From the NCBI GenBank assembly GCA_951406725.2, contig OX597819.1, positions 69,006,001-69,070,000 on the forward strand: 64,000 nucleotides of DNA, given 5' to 3'. The translations under genes and the position numbers were made by a program. Source of the stretch: Octopus vulgaris. Lineage: Eukaryota. This document shows, piece after piece, positions 13,855-27,798 of this stretch. The notes below the pieces were generated by a model that was not told the origin of the DNA, made no database searches, and worked only from the letters and a program-made list of their open reading frames with translations. The number at the start of each line of letters is the position of its first letter. The first letter of the stretch is position 1.

Positions 13855-14155
13855 TGAAGGCGCATGGCTCAGTCGTTAGAGCGTCGAACTTACGATGGAG
13901 AGGTTGTGAGTTCGAATCCCGGACCGGTCTGGGTGTTCTGTTCTTGAGCAAGACCCTTTATTTTCACGTTGCTCCAGTTTACTCAGTTGTAGAAATGAGT
14001 TGCCACGTCTCTTGTGTATCGGTCCCACTGGTGGCGTGGAGAGAGGAAGCCGGTATGCATAGGCGACTGCATAAACAACCTTGCCTTGACTTGTGTCTGG
14101 AGGGTAACTTTCTGGGTGCAATCCCATGGTCAGTCATGACCGAAGAGGGTCTTAG
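13855..14155 (+). mobile_element. tRNA-derived SINE, family A
   Basis: GGCTCAGTCGTTAGAGCG...GTTCGAATCCC head. Related pieces at 11560-11725(-), 15842-16016(-), 44701-44965(+), 62636-62792(+). Confidence 0.85.
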
Positions 14156-14160
14156 CATTC

Positions 14161-14217
<57 letters not shown>

Positions 14218-14373
14218 TGTATATTTATATTTATACATATATATATATATTGTGTATAAGAAAAAGGGACAGGCAAACAGGTTGCTTGACCGCATACCGA
14301 AAAAATAGAAATAGCAGTCAAGAATGCTTATTTCTATCAAAGTTGGACTCCGGGCACGACAAACCCTGTAATT

Positions 14374-14471
<98 letters not shown>

Positions 14472-14613
14472 AATATATAATATATGTATATTTGCAATCA
14501 TATATATATATATATATATATGCTTGCAATCATGTAGATCAATATACTAATACATTTGTTTGTTTGTACACCACCTGTCTTCGTCTTTTGTTTACTTTCG
14601 TAAACTTTCCATT

Positions 14614-14665
<52 letters not shown>

Positions 14666-15742
14666 TGTGTGTGTGTGTGTTGCTCTGTGTGTGTGCGTAC
14701 ATATACGTATACATGTGTGTAATCCGCTGATGACTAATAGGGTGACATTTATTTCCACGAATGTTCTACAACCAAACGCCGTTGGTGATATATATTTGCG
14801 CAAAACGTGCAGTATTTCAGTATTTCTGGAAGAGTCTAGATGCCCCTACGTCTGCTGATTGCAAACATAAAAGTTTAACTCACGTTTTACCTCGGTTTTA
14901 CGTGCGACTTACTGTTTGGTTACACTTATGCGAAACAACACTTATAACAATGTTAGATTCTCGGATAACGTTGAGATTCTCAGTGGCAAAGTCTTCTTAG
15001 CTGCTTGTGCGGAGATTGTGTACATTTGATTTTCATTAAAGCAATAATCATTATTTTCCGAAAGTTTATTTTACTCCGTCCTTTCAGCAACAGATATATT
15101 TGGAAAAGGATGTGGCATTTCCATTATACTTCATTCTAAACCAAATGAATTCTCATTTAAAATCGACAACAAGACTTGAAGATGCCGAGTGTGCGTGAAC
15201 TTACTTTTGCGCCTACGTGTATGCATGCTTGCGATCATGTAGATCAATACTGGAACAGATATAAAAGCAGTTCACTTCAATAACAAACAAAACATGTATT
15301 TACTACTGTTTAAAAAGGTAAGGGCTGTTTATCTCCGACATTAAATGATGATGTATGTGGAGTGGTAAACGAGATACAGTGAGTAATCATATCAAGATAT
15401 GTGATAGAGTGGGAACCTTCGATTAACCCCCAGTAACTCCTTCGTATAAATACGATACAGACGTACGGAGTAAAACAGATATGGCCGTTGATACATGTAT
15501 AGCAATAATATATCGGAAACATGGGGGAAAGAACAGTAGAGTAATGTTAACATTTGACTCAAGTAACGTTAATATCTCTGCTATGAGAGAATGCAGTTGG
15601 GGATTTAAAGGTGGATATCGACAAGATATACGACTATTGCTTTGTGCTTTTGACCAGAATGCATTTCAAATCCTTTGATACGTTGATTTCAAATCTCTGT
15701 ATGAAAATATGTATAGAAGTACAGATACATACATACATACAT

Positions 15743-15834
<92 letters not shown>

Positions 15835-15841
15835 ACAAAGG

Positions 15842-16016
15842 GCATCAGTGATGTTGCAACTCATTTCTACAGCTGAGATAACTGGACCAACGTGAAAGAC
15901 CAACGTGAAATAAAGTGTCTTGCTCAAGAACACAACAGGCATCCCGGTCCGAGAATCGAAATCTCAACCTCCCGATCGTAAGCTCGACGCTCTAACCACT
16001 GAGCCATGCGCCTTCA
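15842..16016 (-). mobile_element. SINE family A, 5' part
   Basis: Reverse complement of the 13855 head and body. Confidence 0.8.
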
Positions 16017-16057
16017 CAAACACACGCATACATATACACACGCATACACATAGATTA

Positions 16058-16109
<52 letters not shown>

Positions 16110-16597
16110 GCGAGTTTATGTGTGTGTGTGAATGCGTGCGTGTGTGTGTGTGTCTGTGTGTGTAACGCAATTCATCGATAGACCGCAGCGTTAGACCATC
16201 GGAGAGAATTAACTCTGTTCGATTATCCGCTCTGTGCGTTCACATTTAGCATTGGTGAATTCGAATTTAATCCCATCAGGGTCGACAAACAAAACAGACT
16301 TCGGTACTCTCTTTACATTCAACATCTTCCTCTCGCCCTCTGTCATCTCTCTCACCGCCCTCTCTCTCACCGCCCTCTCTCTCTCCTTTGGTTTTGCTTA
16401 ATCTGGAAGCAATTATCTGTTTTAAAACATCCAAAATAGTGCAGACGCCATTATTGCACACACGTTCCCGAACAAACCAAGAAATTTATCCCCCGAGGGA
16501 TGGAGTTTTATAAGACGGAGTTAAATACATAGAGAGATGAATAGCAACACAACACAGAATGGGGACGAAGAATGAGAGAGATTGCTCGACATAAATT

Positions 16598-17255
16598 CTT
16601 TCTACATTAGGCTCAAGACTAGAAATTTTGGAGGGAAAGGTTTGTTCGATTGCCTCGACCCCAATACTCGATTGCTACACATTTTATCGACCTCGAAAAG
16701 ATGAGAGACAAAGTCAACGTCTACGGAATCTGAACACACGAAGAAATGCCCTTTTGCATTTTGTCAGTCTCACGAACGATTCTACCAGCTCGGGTGAATG
16801 TGTCTTTTTTTTTCCTTCTCGGAAAACCCTGATGGAACTTGTGACAGTCGGAGCTATTTACAATACCTAAATGGCACAAATCGATTTCATCGAGGCCAGT
16901 TCTTAGCTTATCGACCTAAAAAGGATGAAATACAACGTTGATTTCAGCCGAAAATAAAAATGGATGAAATGCTGTTAGGCATTTTGCCTGACGTGCTAAA
17001 GTTTTTTGACAGCTCTCCGTCTTGCGATAGCTAAATATCCGGTTTTAAATTTTGGCACAAGACCAGCAATTCTAGGGAAGGGGCTAAGTTGGGTACATTG
17101 ACCCCAGTGTTCAGCTGGTATTTATTTTATCGACGCCGAACGGATGAATGGCAAGGTTCCCCTTCCGTGGAATTTGAACTGGGAAGATAAAGACAGATAA
17201 AATGCAGTTAAACAGCTTGTTCGGCGCGCTAACGGTTTTGCCTGATCGCCTCCTT
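16598..17255 (-). mobile_element. Three degenerate SINE family B copies
   Basis: Repeated ttatcgacc..aaa.gatgaaa...aaagtc motif near 16685, 16910 and 17128. Confidence 0.65.
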
Positions 17256-18352
17256 ACAATAAGCTAAATAGTGCAGATAAGAAGAGGAAAAGAAATTAAA
17301 TAATTTAGAAAGTCGATAAAACCTAGTAAACAATCTTGGTCTCCCGTTATTGTACTTTGTACACTCCCTCTCTTTCTCCCTTCTTATTATCTGTAAAAAA
17401 TGCAGTTCTTCCTCTTCTGGACACATTGTCTCTCTCTCGCGCCCTCTTTCTAATTGCGTCCGTCTCTCCTTTGAGTTCACTATCGGTCCATCTCTCTTTC
17501 TCTCAACCTTTCTCAAATTCTATCTCCTCTATGATTTCATTCTCTGATAACGTCTCTTTCCTTCCTGGTCTCATGCTCTCCTCTCTCCCCTCTCTGTCTC
17601 CCTCTCTTTCCCCCTCTCTTTCTCTTTCACTCTCTTTCTCTCTTCTCCCCCTCCACAAATATAGCACCCCACAAGCATCTGTATTTGAGTTTGTGTGCCT
17701 ATATGCTTGTATGCTTCCGCAAGTTTATTAATTTATCTTATTGGTAGTCACGTACGGATTTAAGAATTTGGTCGTTAAGTGTCCATTGGCCGTCCGTTAC
17801 GAACAGCATTTGACGTATTAGTGATAATAACGGTCCTAAAACTGTCATCTACCTCGTTCAAATTGTACCGTTAACAACCCAAACTTCACCTCTATTACTC
17901 AAAACACTCCTTGTCACTAATTTTGTCATTGTGGATAGAGGAAAGTGTTAAATTACTAGCAGAAAGCGTATTGCTTTTAAGCTCTGAGGGATAGCCATCT
18001 CGCTCTCACACATCCCACTCCAGTACATTCCACATACATACATACATACATAAGGACAGGGATATACATACGCATATACACAAACACACACATATAGAAA
18101 CACACACACACACATACGTACATATATAAAAACATATATACGCTTCTGTGTGTGTGCGTATTCATACGTGCGTATAAATACGTACATCCATACATATGTA
18201 TATATGCATATAAACATTCATGGCTACACACAAATATACATATATACATACATATATATAACATACATGCATACAAATATGCATACACACACATTCATAC
18301 GCACATTTATATAAAAGCACATATGTACGAATGTATGACATTACACATACAT

Positions 18353-18402
<50 letters not shown>

Positions 18403-18842
18403 GTGTGTGTGTGTGAGTATTTACATATATCTATATGTCTTAATGTATATACCCACCATTCAAGTACTTAATATTGAAAAAACACATTTATTGCCACTAT
18501 ACTCACTAACACGAATCCATATATACATACACACATACCTGCATACATACGTACATACATACATGCTTGCATATACACCTAATCCCATGTGCAAAGACAG
18601 GCGCATTTCAAAATTCGGGTACACAATGTTTTGCTCCTCTCTAATTGATTTAGTTTCCCATCGTGGTTATTTGGAAATTCCTTGCATTTAGTTTTCAGTT
18701 AAATAATATGAGGCCAAATATGATCATCACCCCCGACAACAATTCTCCATGCTTAACAGCAACATCACTAACTACCGTCAACACCTCGACTTGGCGACTG
18801 CCCATCGCAGAAATTACTGATGGTTTGCCAAGTGAGTGAATG

Positions 18843-19070
18843 GACGAGCTGGCAGAAACGTTAGTACGCCGGGCGAAATAATTTGTGATATTTCGTCCGC
18901 CGCTGCGTTCTGAGTTCAAATTCTGCCGAGGTCGACTTTGCTTTTCATCCTTTCGGGGTCGATAAATTAAGTACCAGTTATGCACTGAGGTCGATGTAAT
19001 CGGCTTAATCCCTCTGTCTGTCTTGTTTGTCCCCTCAATGTTTGGCCCCTTGTGGGCAATAAAGAAATAA
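18843..19070 (+). mobile_element. SINE family B (MetaSINE-like central domain)
   Basis: GCTGGCAGAAACGTTAG...GAGTTCAAATTC head, then GTCGACTTTGCTTTTCATCCTTTCGGGGTCGATAAATTAAGTACC. Confidence 0.82.
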
Positions 19071-19917
19071 ATGCGTGAATGGACCAACGTGAAAAGAAGT
19101 GCTTTGCTGAAGAACATAACACATAGCTTACTCCGGGAAGTGAAACCGCTATCTTACGATGAAAACCCTAAGCACTAACATATGCGTCTCCACTACAATC
19201 AATTATAACTAAATGTAAATATCAGCAACAACAGCGGTAGCGTGCGAATATAACAACAAAAAGAAGACTGCTTATGAATGTCGCCATAACTCCAATAACC
19301 ATCACAACCATCACAAACGTCAACGAAGAAGGCGCTGCAACAATTGTCTGACGAATACCTGCCAAGAACTTCAATTATAACAATGGCAACGAGAATTACA
19401 TGGCCACACAAATCTCTTCATTACTCCTACGGCCAACCAATATTACCATTACGACCACAATGACAAAAAAAAACAACTACAACAACAGTGTCAGCTGCAA
19501 CACAGGCCAAATACCACCATTGCCACTAACGCCATCAAATACGTTTTCAAATGCTTCGATTTGACGGTATAAATTTCTTCTCAGTTATTGTAACCGATGC
19601 GTGGATTGATGGACGGATAGGTGGATAAATGGACAATTGAACGGATGTTTTGAAGAGTGGACGAGATGATGGGTGGATGGTTGGGTACAAAGGTCAGCAA
19701 TGTAAAATGCTTAACAACGCCTTTACTTTCGATTAATTAGAAACTCTTATACAAGATGATTCTTAATGGCCGTTCCTTGCGTTGGTAGGTCGTAATTTCA
19801 GGCGCAAGGTGATAATGACCGGCCGTTACAATAATAATGGGAGATGGAATGAGAAATGTCACAAGAAAAGAGGTAAGTGTAGAGTAGAGGAAACGGAGGG
19901 AGGGAGGCAGGAAGGCA

Positions 19918-19930
19918 AGGAAGAAGAAGG

Positions 19931-19970
<40 letters not shown>

Positions 19971-20176
19971 GAAAAAGAAGAAGAAGAAGAAGAAGAAGAA
20001 GAAGAAAAAGAAGAAGAAGAACAAAAGAAGAAGAAGACGAAGAAGAAGAAGACGAAGAAGAAGAAGAAGAAGAAGAAGAAGAAGAAGAAGAAGAAGAAGA
20101 AGAAGAAGAAGAAGAAGAAGAAGAAGAAGAAGAAGAAGAAGAAGAAGAAGAAGAAGAAGAAGAAGAAGAAGAAGAA
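19918..20176. repeat. Compound (GAT)n/(GAA)n microsatellite
   Basis: Direct reading. Confidence 0.97.
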
Positions 20177-20568
20177 ACAGGAAAAAAGAGGTGCGTATGC
20201 AAAGGACAATTGAAGGAACAGAGAGCCGGAGTGAAATACTGCGTTTGTATGTCTTGTGAGAAATCGAAATTGTTAAAGTAGAAGCAGATAAAGTTGCGAT
20301 TTACAACATTAACAAGCCAAAGCAACGGTTTGTCATCTCCTTAAAGGATTCCAAGCAAACGACGTTTGTTATAAAACGAAGCAGGTTAGCAACTAATGAA
20401 ATTAGAAGGTTTCCATGAGAATTAGGATTCCATTGTCGTAATGGTAAGGGAAGTATACGAGTGATTCTTCGTTCGTCACCATACTACAAGACAAAAACAT
20501 GTGCACACGTGTGTCTGCATACATCCATACATATTTACATACACACACACACAGCCATGTATATATAC

Positions 20569-20599
<31 letters not shown>

Positions 20600-20601
20600 A
20601 A

Positions 20602-20633
<32 letters not shown>

Positions 20634-20667
20634 CTTTATTTAAAAGCAGCAGAAATATAACAAAGGC

Positions 20668-20703
20668 TGTTACTCAGAGTTTCACGTTCCCGTTCGTCGG
20701 ACA
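20668..20703 (-). ncRNA. Minimal hammerhead ribozyme (CCGACGA core)
   Basis: UGU-CCGACGA-ACG(GGAA)CGU-GAAA-CUC(U)GAG-UA-ACA, in a short element abutting (TA)n at ~20633. Confidence 0.7.
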
Positions 20704-20829
20704 ATTTTGTAAAAATATTTTGTTAAATATACAAATATTCAATAATTATAACCATAATTGCTTCGCCACTCACCGAATTTAGAAATAGGTGTTAACTGCC
20801 TTTTACTGTCAAACTTTACATACAAACTT

Positions 20830-21060
20830 CGTATTTGGCTTGCGAGATTCCTTATGTGAATTCGTGTGTTGAAGCATAGTTTATTGTGTCTGTGGAGAGA
20901 CATTCTCTTTTAGTGCCTTATTACTCACCACACTCACCGGTTCGATTTCCACTCATTTACTTTCTTTTTTTTTCAGTAAAAGTTTCGTTGCGTCTTGCAA
21001 CCTTTTCAGTAGTCATTGACTCTGTTCGTTATCAGAGCTACGTTCTTTTGCTTGTTTGTT
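20830..21060 (-). repeat. Inverted pLTR relic of the older PLE copy, with a degenerate hammerhead (~20975-21014)
   Basis: tgcgagattccttatgtgaattcgtgtgttgaa resembles the tail at 24587-24622. The minus strand reads GACUA-CUGAAAA-G-GUUGC(AAGAC)GCAAC-GAAA. Confidence 0.6.
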
Positions 21061-21479
21061 TTGTGCGCATGCGTGTGCTTCAGTAAGCATGTGCATGCAT
21101 ACATGTATGTATCTATGTACGTACGTATGTGTGCATATATATATATGTGTGTCTGTGTGTGCGCGTATGTGTATGCGTGTGTGTACGTGTGTATGTATGT
21201 ATGTATGTATGTATCTCTGTCTGCTTGTGTATGCATATTTGAGTGTGTCAATATGTATGGATTTGTGCGACTATGGATGTGTGTGTCCATATGTGTCCTT
21301 GCGTGTGTTTGCGAAGTGTGTATGTGCGTACAAGGTCATGTGAATCAGTCTGCATTTGTGTATGTATGTGTGTATGTGTGTATGTGTGCATGTCTGTTCG
21401 TATTACATATTTACTTATTTATCTATTTATCTATGTGTTTACTTACATCTACATTTACCTACACACACGCACAGAGTTA

Positions 21480-22295
21480 CAGAACTTTGAAATCTATTGG
21501 CTAGCGATCTCCACAACAGATAATGAACAACGTGTCCCCACTATGCAAACTCTATGAGACAAAGAAACATGTACAGAACTTTATGCACCGTATGCAGTTG
21601 TCTGGATATGATCAGAAAGATAGGGTTTGAGTTTACAAGGGAGATAAAAAGAAGTTAGATAGCATTATGTATAATGAAACCAGTAGTGCCTACCCTAGAT
21701 ATAGAAGTAAGGAATGGACTAGGGTGCAAAGACTTTTTCAAAGCAAACAGTGTGAATACGTGGTACAAACCCGACAAATATCAAGGAGTGATATCTGTAA
21801 AGGCCACAACCCAAGGAGAACTAGCCCTAAGATTTAGGAAAGCTCTGAAGGAGGCCAAACTCAACATTAAAACCGTTGAAATGCCAGGGAGCTCCATCAG
21901 ATCACAACTAAGCAGGTCGTACCCATTTGTATATACCACATACACCAATGATAACTGCATAGTATGTAAGATTAAGCCTGGCATCAACTGTAGAACTAGA
22001 AATGTAGTTTACAGCATGAAGCGTATAGAAAATACTTGTAAAGACAAAAACATGATATCCCAGGCGAAACATCTAGAAGCATTGCTGAGAGGCTAAATGT
22101 ACGTTTGAAACAATAATATGAGAAAAACAGTCCTCCATACACTACCAGCATGCCAAAGACCAGCATGGAGGCACACCGGTTCAACTTGTCATCCACATTT
22201 TATCCAAGCACCCGAAGGACCCAACACTCAGATAAATACAGGAGTACTCCCTCATAAATGAAACTTTTCCAGTACTAAATAGGAAATATACGTAG
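21480..22295 (+). pseudogene. Degenerate 3' part of a related PLE (thumb, linker, GIY-YIG)
   Basis: FMHRMQLSGY, WYKPDKYQGVISVKATTQGELALRFRKAL, NCRTRNVVYSMK, GETSRSIAERL, DPTLR, PVLNRK align by eye with the 25153 protein. Contains stops and frameshifts. Confidence 0.88.
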
Positions 22296-22301
22296 AAGGT
22301 A

Positions 22302-23265
22302 CAGTGCCTTGCAAAAGTCTACACCCCGCCTTGGAAACTGGATGTATTTTGTTTATTTTGATAGGAACAATTAATATTTTAAACTCCAATAATTTGCTTT
22401 AATAAGCAGATCTATCACGCTTTTATTTAATACACAAAATACATTTGAAATCCTTAAAACTGATTCTTAAACAAAGATAATTTTGAAAAATGTCTACATA
22501 CACTTTGGAATGTCTTCAGCTATTACTTTGTGGATGATTCTGCTGAGTCAATTACAGCCTGCAGACATCTCGGGTAGCCTTCCAGGAGCTTGCTGCAGTG
22601 GTCTACTAACAGTTTTCGCCATTCTTCATGGCAGAACTTCTTGAGCTGTGCTGGATGGAGAACCTCGGTGCACAGCCAGCTTTAGATCTCGCCATAGATT
22701 TTCTATAGGATTGAGGTCTGTAGACTGGCTGGGCCACTCCAAAACTGTGATTTTTTTGCTAGCAAACAAGCTTCAGTGCTTTTTGACACATGCTTGGGGT
22801 CGTTATCTTGTTGAAACTTGAACTTGCGATCCAAGCGCAGAGCTCTAGCAGACTTCAGCAGGTTTGCCTCCAATATTTCTTGGAATTTGACACTGTCCTT
22901 CGTACCTTAGATGGTTACCATCTCTCCGGGCCCTACAAAAACAGCCCCAAAGCATGGTCGAGCCACCGCCGTGCTTAACAGTGGAGACGCTGTAACGAGG
23001 ATGGTGAGCAGTGCATTTTTCCTCGAAACGTAGCGTTTCGTATTTTTTTCAAATAACTTGACTTTGGTCACATCTGACCACTAAACGTTTCGCCACATGA
23101 TCATGGAATCATTAATGTGACTTTTGGCAAAGTTTAGCCTAGCTTGCTTGTGTATAGGCTTCAGAAGGGGCGTTTTCCTAGCTACTTTCCTTTGCAGACC
23201 AGACCGGTGCAATAGTGTGGAAATTGTAGATGCATGGACATCTGTCAGTTTCCGTCTAACAAATC
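22302..23265 (-). mobile_element. Tc1-family transposon relic (DD34E transposase pseudogene, one TIR)
   Basis: TA followed by CAGTGCCTTGCAAAAGT terminus at 22300. Minus-strand translation gives WSDVTKVKLF, QQDNDPKH and [16 protein letters not shown]. Confidence 0.9.
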
Positions 23266-23289
23266 ACAAGGGTTTATATATACATATAT

Positions 23290-23455
23290 CTGTCTTCCCT
23301 TCTCTGGATCTTTCCTTCTCCTATGTTTCCGACGAAGAGCTCCGCTCGAAACGTTAAACCCTCCTTCTTTCCTTCTTTCCTGAGCGTCCAATAATACTAT
23401 ATTTGTTCCACGTCCTCGCTTTGTTTTTTTTTGTGCTTTCTTGTTTGGATTAACT
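23290..23455 (+). mobile_element. Hammerhead-bearing element (family M2; hammerhead 23325-23359)
   Basis: GUUU-CCGACGA-A-GAGC(UCC)GCUC-GAAA-CG-UU-AAAC. Same 3' end (gtttggattaac-TATATA) as 52243. Confidence 0.78.
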
Positions 23456-24537
23456 ATATATATATATATATATATATATAATGTCTAAAAGCGCGAACAT
23501 AACCTTAATTTTCACTTTGAATTTTTGTATATATATATACTTGTAACGACCATCAGTCTTTTAGGAGGACCAACTTTGCGAGCGCGCTAAATTTTGCTTT
23601 TATTTTCCTTTTTATATGTAGGTTAATGAAACATTCTACACCTGGGTGAATGTTTTGCCAGAAAAACGTATTTATTGAAATTTCACTTCATATACGTAAA
23701 TACCATAATGAGAAATGGATGAAAGTCTCACAACTCCATATTTTCCCTTCCAAAATGAACCGTGTACCTTCCAAAATAAACAGTGAGAAAAACAGCAAGA
23801 AAAATATTTCCGAATTAATAAATGTGCATCATTACATTTGAAGAATTTCTGTTGTTAAATGTTGTAGTGCATGGAATAATATCAAACAACGAGCAATAAA
23901 TAGACAAAGGCGTTACTGCAATTTCATTTTCTTTTCTTTTTTGTTTTTGTAGAATATTTTATTGTCAATATGCTGAAGAAATTCGTTAGCTGTTATCTGT
24001 CTTTCCGTAAAGTTTCCTTTATTTTGCCAAAGATATGACTTGTTATATTTTTGTTGGGTGTATATTTTTGTGCTTTTCATAACTGTTCTTGACTGTCTAG
24101 TTGTTACACACTCACACACTCCAATCAATTAAGTTAGAGATCTCCACATCATTTCTTGTTTTTTAATCAATTATTTTGATGTCCAATTAATATCATTCTC
24201 TATATTGAATGTTAATGTGGCTATAATACGTCATACAAATTACCCGGCAGGTATCAACTTGCTTTTTTTTTCATTTTTGTTTTTGTTTCTTTTCACACAA
24301 GTACACACAATTACAAGCTAGCACTCAAAAGCTCTTCAAAAAATAAATTAAACTGCTACTCATACAAAAGCATACAGTCAAATATATCTATATGTCTACC
24401 TATCTATCTATATATCTATCTATCTATCTATCTATCCACCCATCTCTGTCTGTATGTCTGTCAGTTTCTCTTTCTGCCTATATGTATATACACACACATA
24501 TATACATATATGTATGAGTATATATATAAATATATAT

Positions 24538-24571
<34 letters not shown>

Positions 24572-24572
<1 letters not shown>

Positions 24573-25115
24573 GTTTAAATATTTGTTGCGCAAGATTTTT
24601 TATGTGAAGTCGTGTGTTGAAACAGATATTGTTATATTTCGGAATGGTCATATTGCCAGTTTAGCCAATAAAAACACACGCACTATATATTTGGTGTTAT
24701 TTTGCTTCAGTGATATTTATTTTTTACATTAATCTTAATCTTATTTCGGCCAAAGTTCTTTCGTCACACTCCTGTGACCGCATCAGTGGTCCTTTGTTTT
24801 CTTCTCACTTACTTGTGTCTCTCCTTACTAACCGTCAGCCATTTTGTATTTCTATTGTATGTCTTCATTTGCGCATGCTTATATCTCTATGTGCGTCTAT
24901 GTTTATTTAGTGTGTGTGGGGGGGATGTCTGTAATATTTGTATCTTCTGGTTATATACATTCTTGTAATTTGTATTTTGTTTTTGTTGTTGTTGCTTTTG
25001 TTCTAATTTTGTTCATGTGTTTACATCCACCCATTATTATCATTACATATGCTTGTATGTATGTATAACAACAATATTAGTAATAATAATAATAAATATA
25101 ATCGAGAAAAAAAAA
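24572..25115 (-). repeat. Inverted 5' pseudo-LTR of the PLE, with an extra ~54-bp tail
   Basis: 24626-25115 is the reverse complement of 27319-27806. The only difference I see is one GT unit near 24911. 24572-24625 is a tail missing from the right copy. Confidence 0.92.
24748..24791 (-). ncRNA. Minimal hammerhead ribozyme (copy in inverted pLTR)
   Basis: Exact reverse complement of 27641-27684. Confidence 0.65.
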
Positions 25116-25152
25116 GGCGCATGAGGAGAGAGAAAAGGTCCTCAATGCCCAC

Positions 25153-27122
25153 ATGATGATGTGGACAATTGTTCTGGGACCTCAGAAACGTACTGCAAAG
25201 AATTTCCAAGCCTGGAACAATGATATCCCGGCACTGTATGGACTTCGCAAGGACCATAAAGGTTTTACTGACCCTATAGCAGGACCACCAACAAGACCAG
25301 TCTGTGGAGCGAATATCGCTAGCAATTACAGAATCTCCTACTTCCTCTCAATGATCATACGCCCTATAATCAGGATGTCACCTGATGTATGTGACAGCAC
25401 AGAAGATCTCCTAAGCAGGATCAGTGACTGTAACAAAACTTGTGACTTGACAGGATGTATAGTAGGTAGCATGGATGTGGTATCCCTATACCCATCGATT
25501 GACGTAGATTTTGCAGTGGAGAAGTGCGTGGAGATGATCAACGAGAGCCAGGTGGAGTTCTGTAATGTCGACACAGAAGAACTGGGCCTCCTACTTAGAC
25601 TGACATATAATAGTGAATACTTAGATAAACATAATCTTAGTAGTTTCTGCCCCAGTAGATGTTTAAGAGGTAGACCGCCTACAATTACTTCTATGGCTAG
25701 GAAGACACATATAGAAAGATGGCGCGGATGGACCAGAGCCATACGGAGCCCCGCAAATGTCCATCAGGTAAAGAAAATGATCGCACATGCACTAGGAGCT
25801 AGTATAAGAGTTACCCTAAAAGGCCACACATTTAAATTTAATAATAAAATATATGCCCAGGACGAGGGGGCAGCCATCGGTGTTAGTATCGCTGGTGATG
25901 TGGCCAACCTCTTCATGGTATGGTGGGACAGAAGGCTTAAAGAATGCCTACTGCAGAAATCCATACTCGTAAACATGTACTCTCGCTATGTTGATGATAT
26001 CAATATAGTAGTAAAGGCACCCCCACAAGAGAGTACGGTTGATATAGTAATAGAAACTAATACTATGGAGAGCATCCAGCAAATAGCTAACTCCATCCAC
26101 CAGAGTATTAAGGTCACAATAGACTACCCCACTAAACACCCCAACCATAGACTACCAGTATTAGACACTGAACTCTGGCTAGAAATTGTGAAAAATAAAA
26201 CCCAAATCCTTCATTCATACTATGCAAAACCTATGGCCTCAAAATACCTGATCCACCGGAACTCAGCCATTGCGGGCAATGCCAAATTCAATATTTTGAT
26301 GGCAGACCTCGTCAGAATAATGAGAAATGTGTCACGCATGTGCGAGCCTACAGAATTAAAGAGACACATACAGTATTTCATTCACCGCATGCAGTTCTCA
26401 GGTTACAGCCATAAAGAAAGGATCAGAGTATACAAAGGAGCCATGAAGAAATTTGATAATATATTATGTAATGATAGGAATGGGATTTGCCCACTCTATA
26501 GGAACAAGTCATGGAACACTATAGAAAGGACAAAAAAGAAAATAAGGAAGGCCAACTCTTGGTATGATAGCCATAAATACCAGAGTGTCATGTTCGTTGA
26601 CACCACCCCTGGAGGTGAACTAGCGTACCGCTTTAGAAGGACCCTAGATAAACTTAAACTAAGAATTAAGGTTGTTGAAAAGCCAGGCAACCCTATCAGA
26701 TCTATAATTGGTAGAACCTATCCTTTTAGTAGAACTCTCTGTACGGATAACTATTGCACTGTATGTAGATTTAGCCCACAAACGAACTGTAAAGCCAGAA
26801 ATGTGGTCTATAGTATAAGATGTATAGAGGGACGATGCAGTAACAAGACAGTGACATACGTAGGGAAACTGCAAGAAGCATTGGTGAGCGGGTGAATGAA
26901 CATTGGAGACAACTCAAGGAAGGTAAAAGCTCATCGATTCTGTACCAACACGCCGAACAAGAACACGGGGGATCAATCAATAACATAGAGATTAAGATAT
27001 TGTCCACACATAGAACAGATGCAACAATTAGACAAATTACAGAAGCTACACATATAATAGAAAATAAACCTAGCCTGAATAGAAAACTAGAATGGAGCAA
27101 TAGCGCACACCACAACATATGA
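25153..27122 (+). pseudogene. PLE polyprotein: reverse transcriptase, Cys-rich linker and GIY-YIG endonuclease; single frameshift at ~26865
   Basis: RT motifs RPVCGA, SMDVVSLYPSID, QDEGAAIG..IAGDVANLFM, YSRYVDD, LPVLD, YYAKPM, FSGYS. Linker [17 protein letters not shown]...TYVG continues in the other frame as [13 protein letters not shown]...LYQHAEQEH...RQITEA...LN (ORF 26892-27122). The frame stays open upstream of the ATG to the repeat junction (KAHEEREKVLNAH), so the N-terminus is truncated. Confidence 0.93.
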
Positions 27123-27318
27123 CAATAGTGGATCCTGCAAACATAATAAATACACAGGTAATTAAAGAAATAGAAATGAATATCTATGTGTATGTATATG
27201 TGTATATATATGTATATGTATATGTGTATATATGTGTGTATATATGTATATATATATATGTATATGTATGTGTATGTATATATATATATATATATGTATA
27301 TGTATATTCTTTTTTTTT

Positions 27319-27798
27319 TTTTTTTTTCTCGATTATATTTATTATTATTATTACTAATATTGTTGTTATACATACATACAAGCATATGTAATGATAATAA
27401 TGGGTGGATGTAAACACATGAACAAAATTAGAACAAAAGCAACAACAACAAAAACAAAATACAAATTACAAGAATGTATATAACCAGAAGATACAAATAT
27501 TACAGACATCCCCCCCACACACTAAATAAACATAGACGCACATAGAGATATAAGCATGCGCAAATGAAGACATACAATAGAAATACAAAATGGCTGACGG
27601 TTAGTAAGGAGAGACACAAGTAAGTGAGAAGAAAACAAAGGACCACTGATGCGGTCACAGGAGTGTGACGAAAGAACTTTGGCCGAAATAAGATTAAGAT
27701 TAATGTAAAAAATAAATATCACTGAAGCAAAATAACACCAAATATATAGTGCGTGTGTTTTTATTGGCTAAACTGGCAATATGACCATTCCGAAATAT

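Noticed and set aside
26863-26869. GGGAAAC as a programmed -1 frameshift heptamer
   Set aside because: The ORF reads GGG AAA C, not G GGA AAC, so the heptamer is out of phase for tandem slippage.
27120-27320. Selenocysteine read-through of the PLE terminal TGA
   Set aside because: The TGA lies after the end of the domain, is followed two codons later by TAG, and no SECIS is evident.
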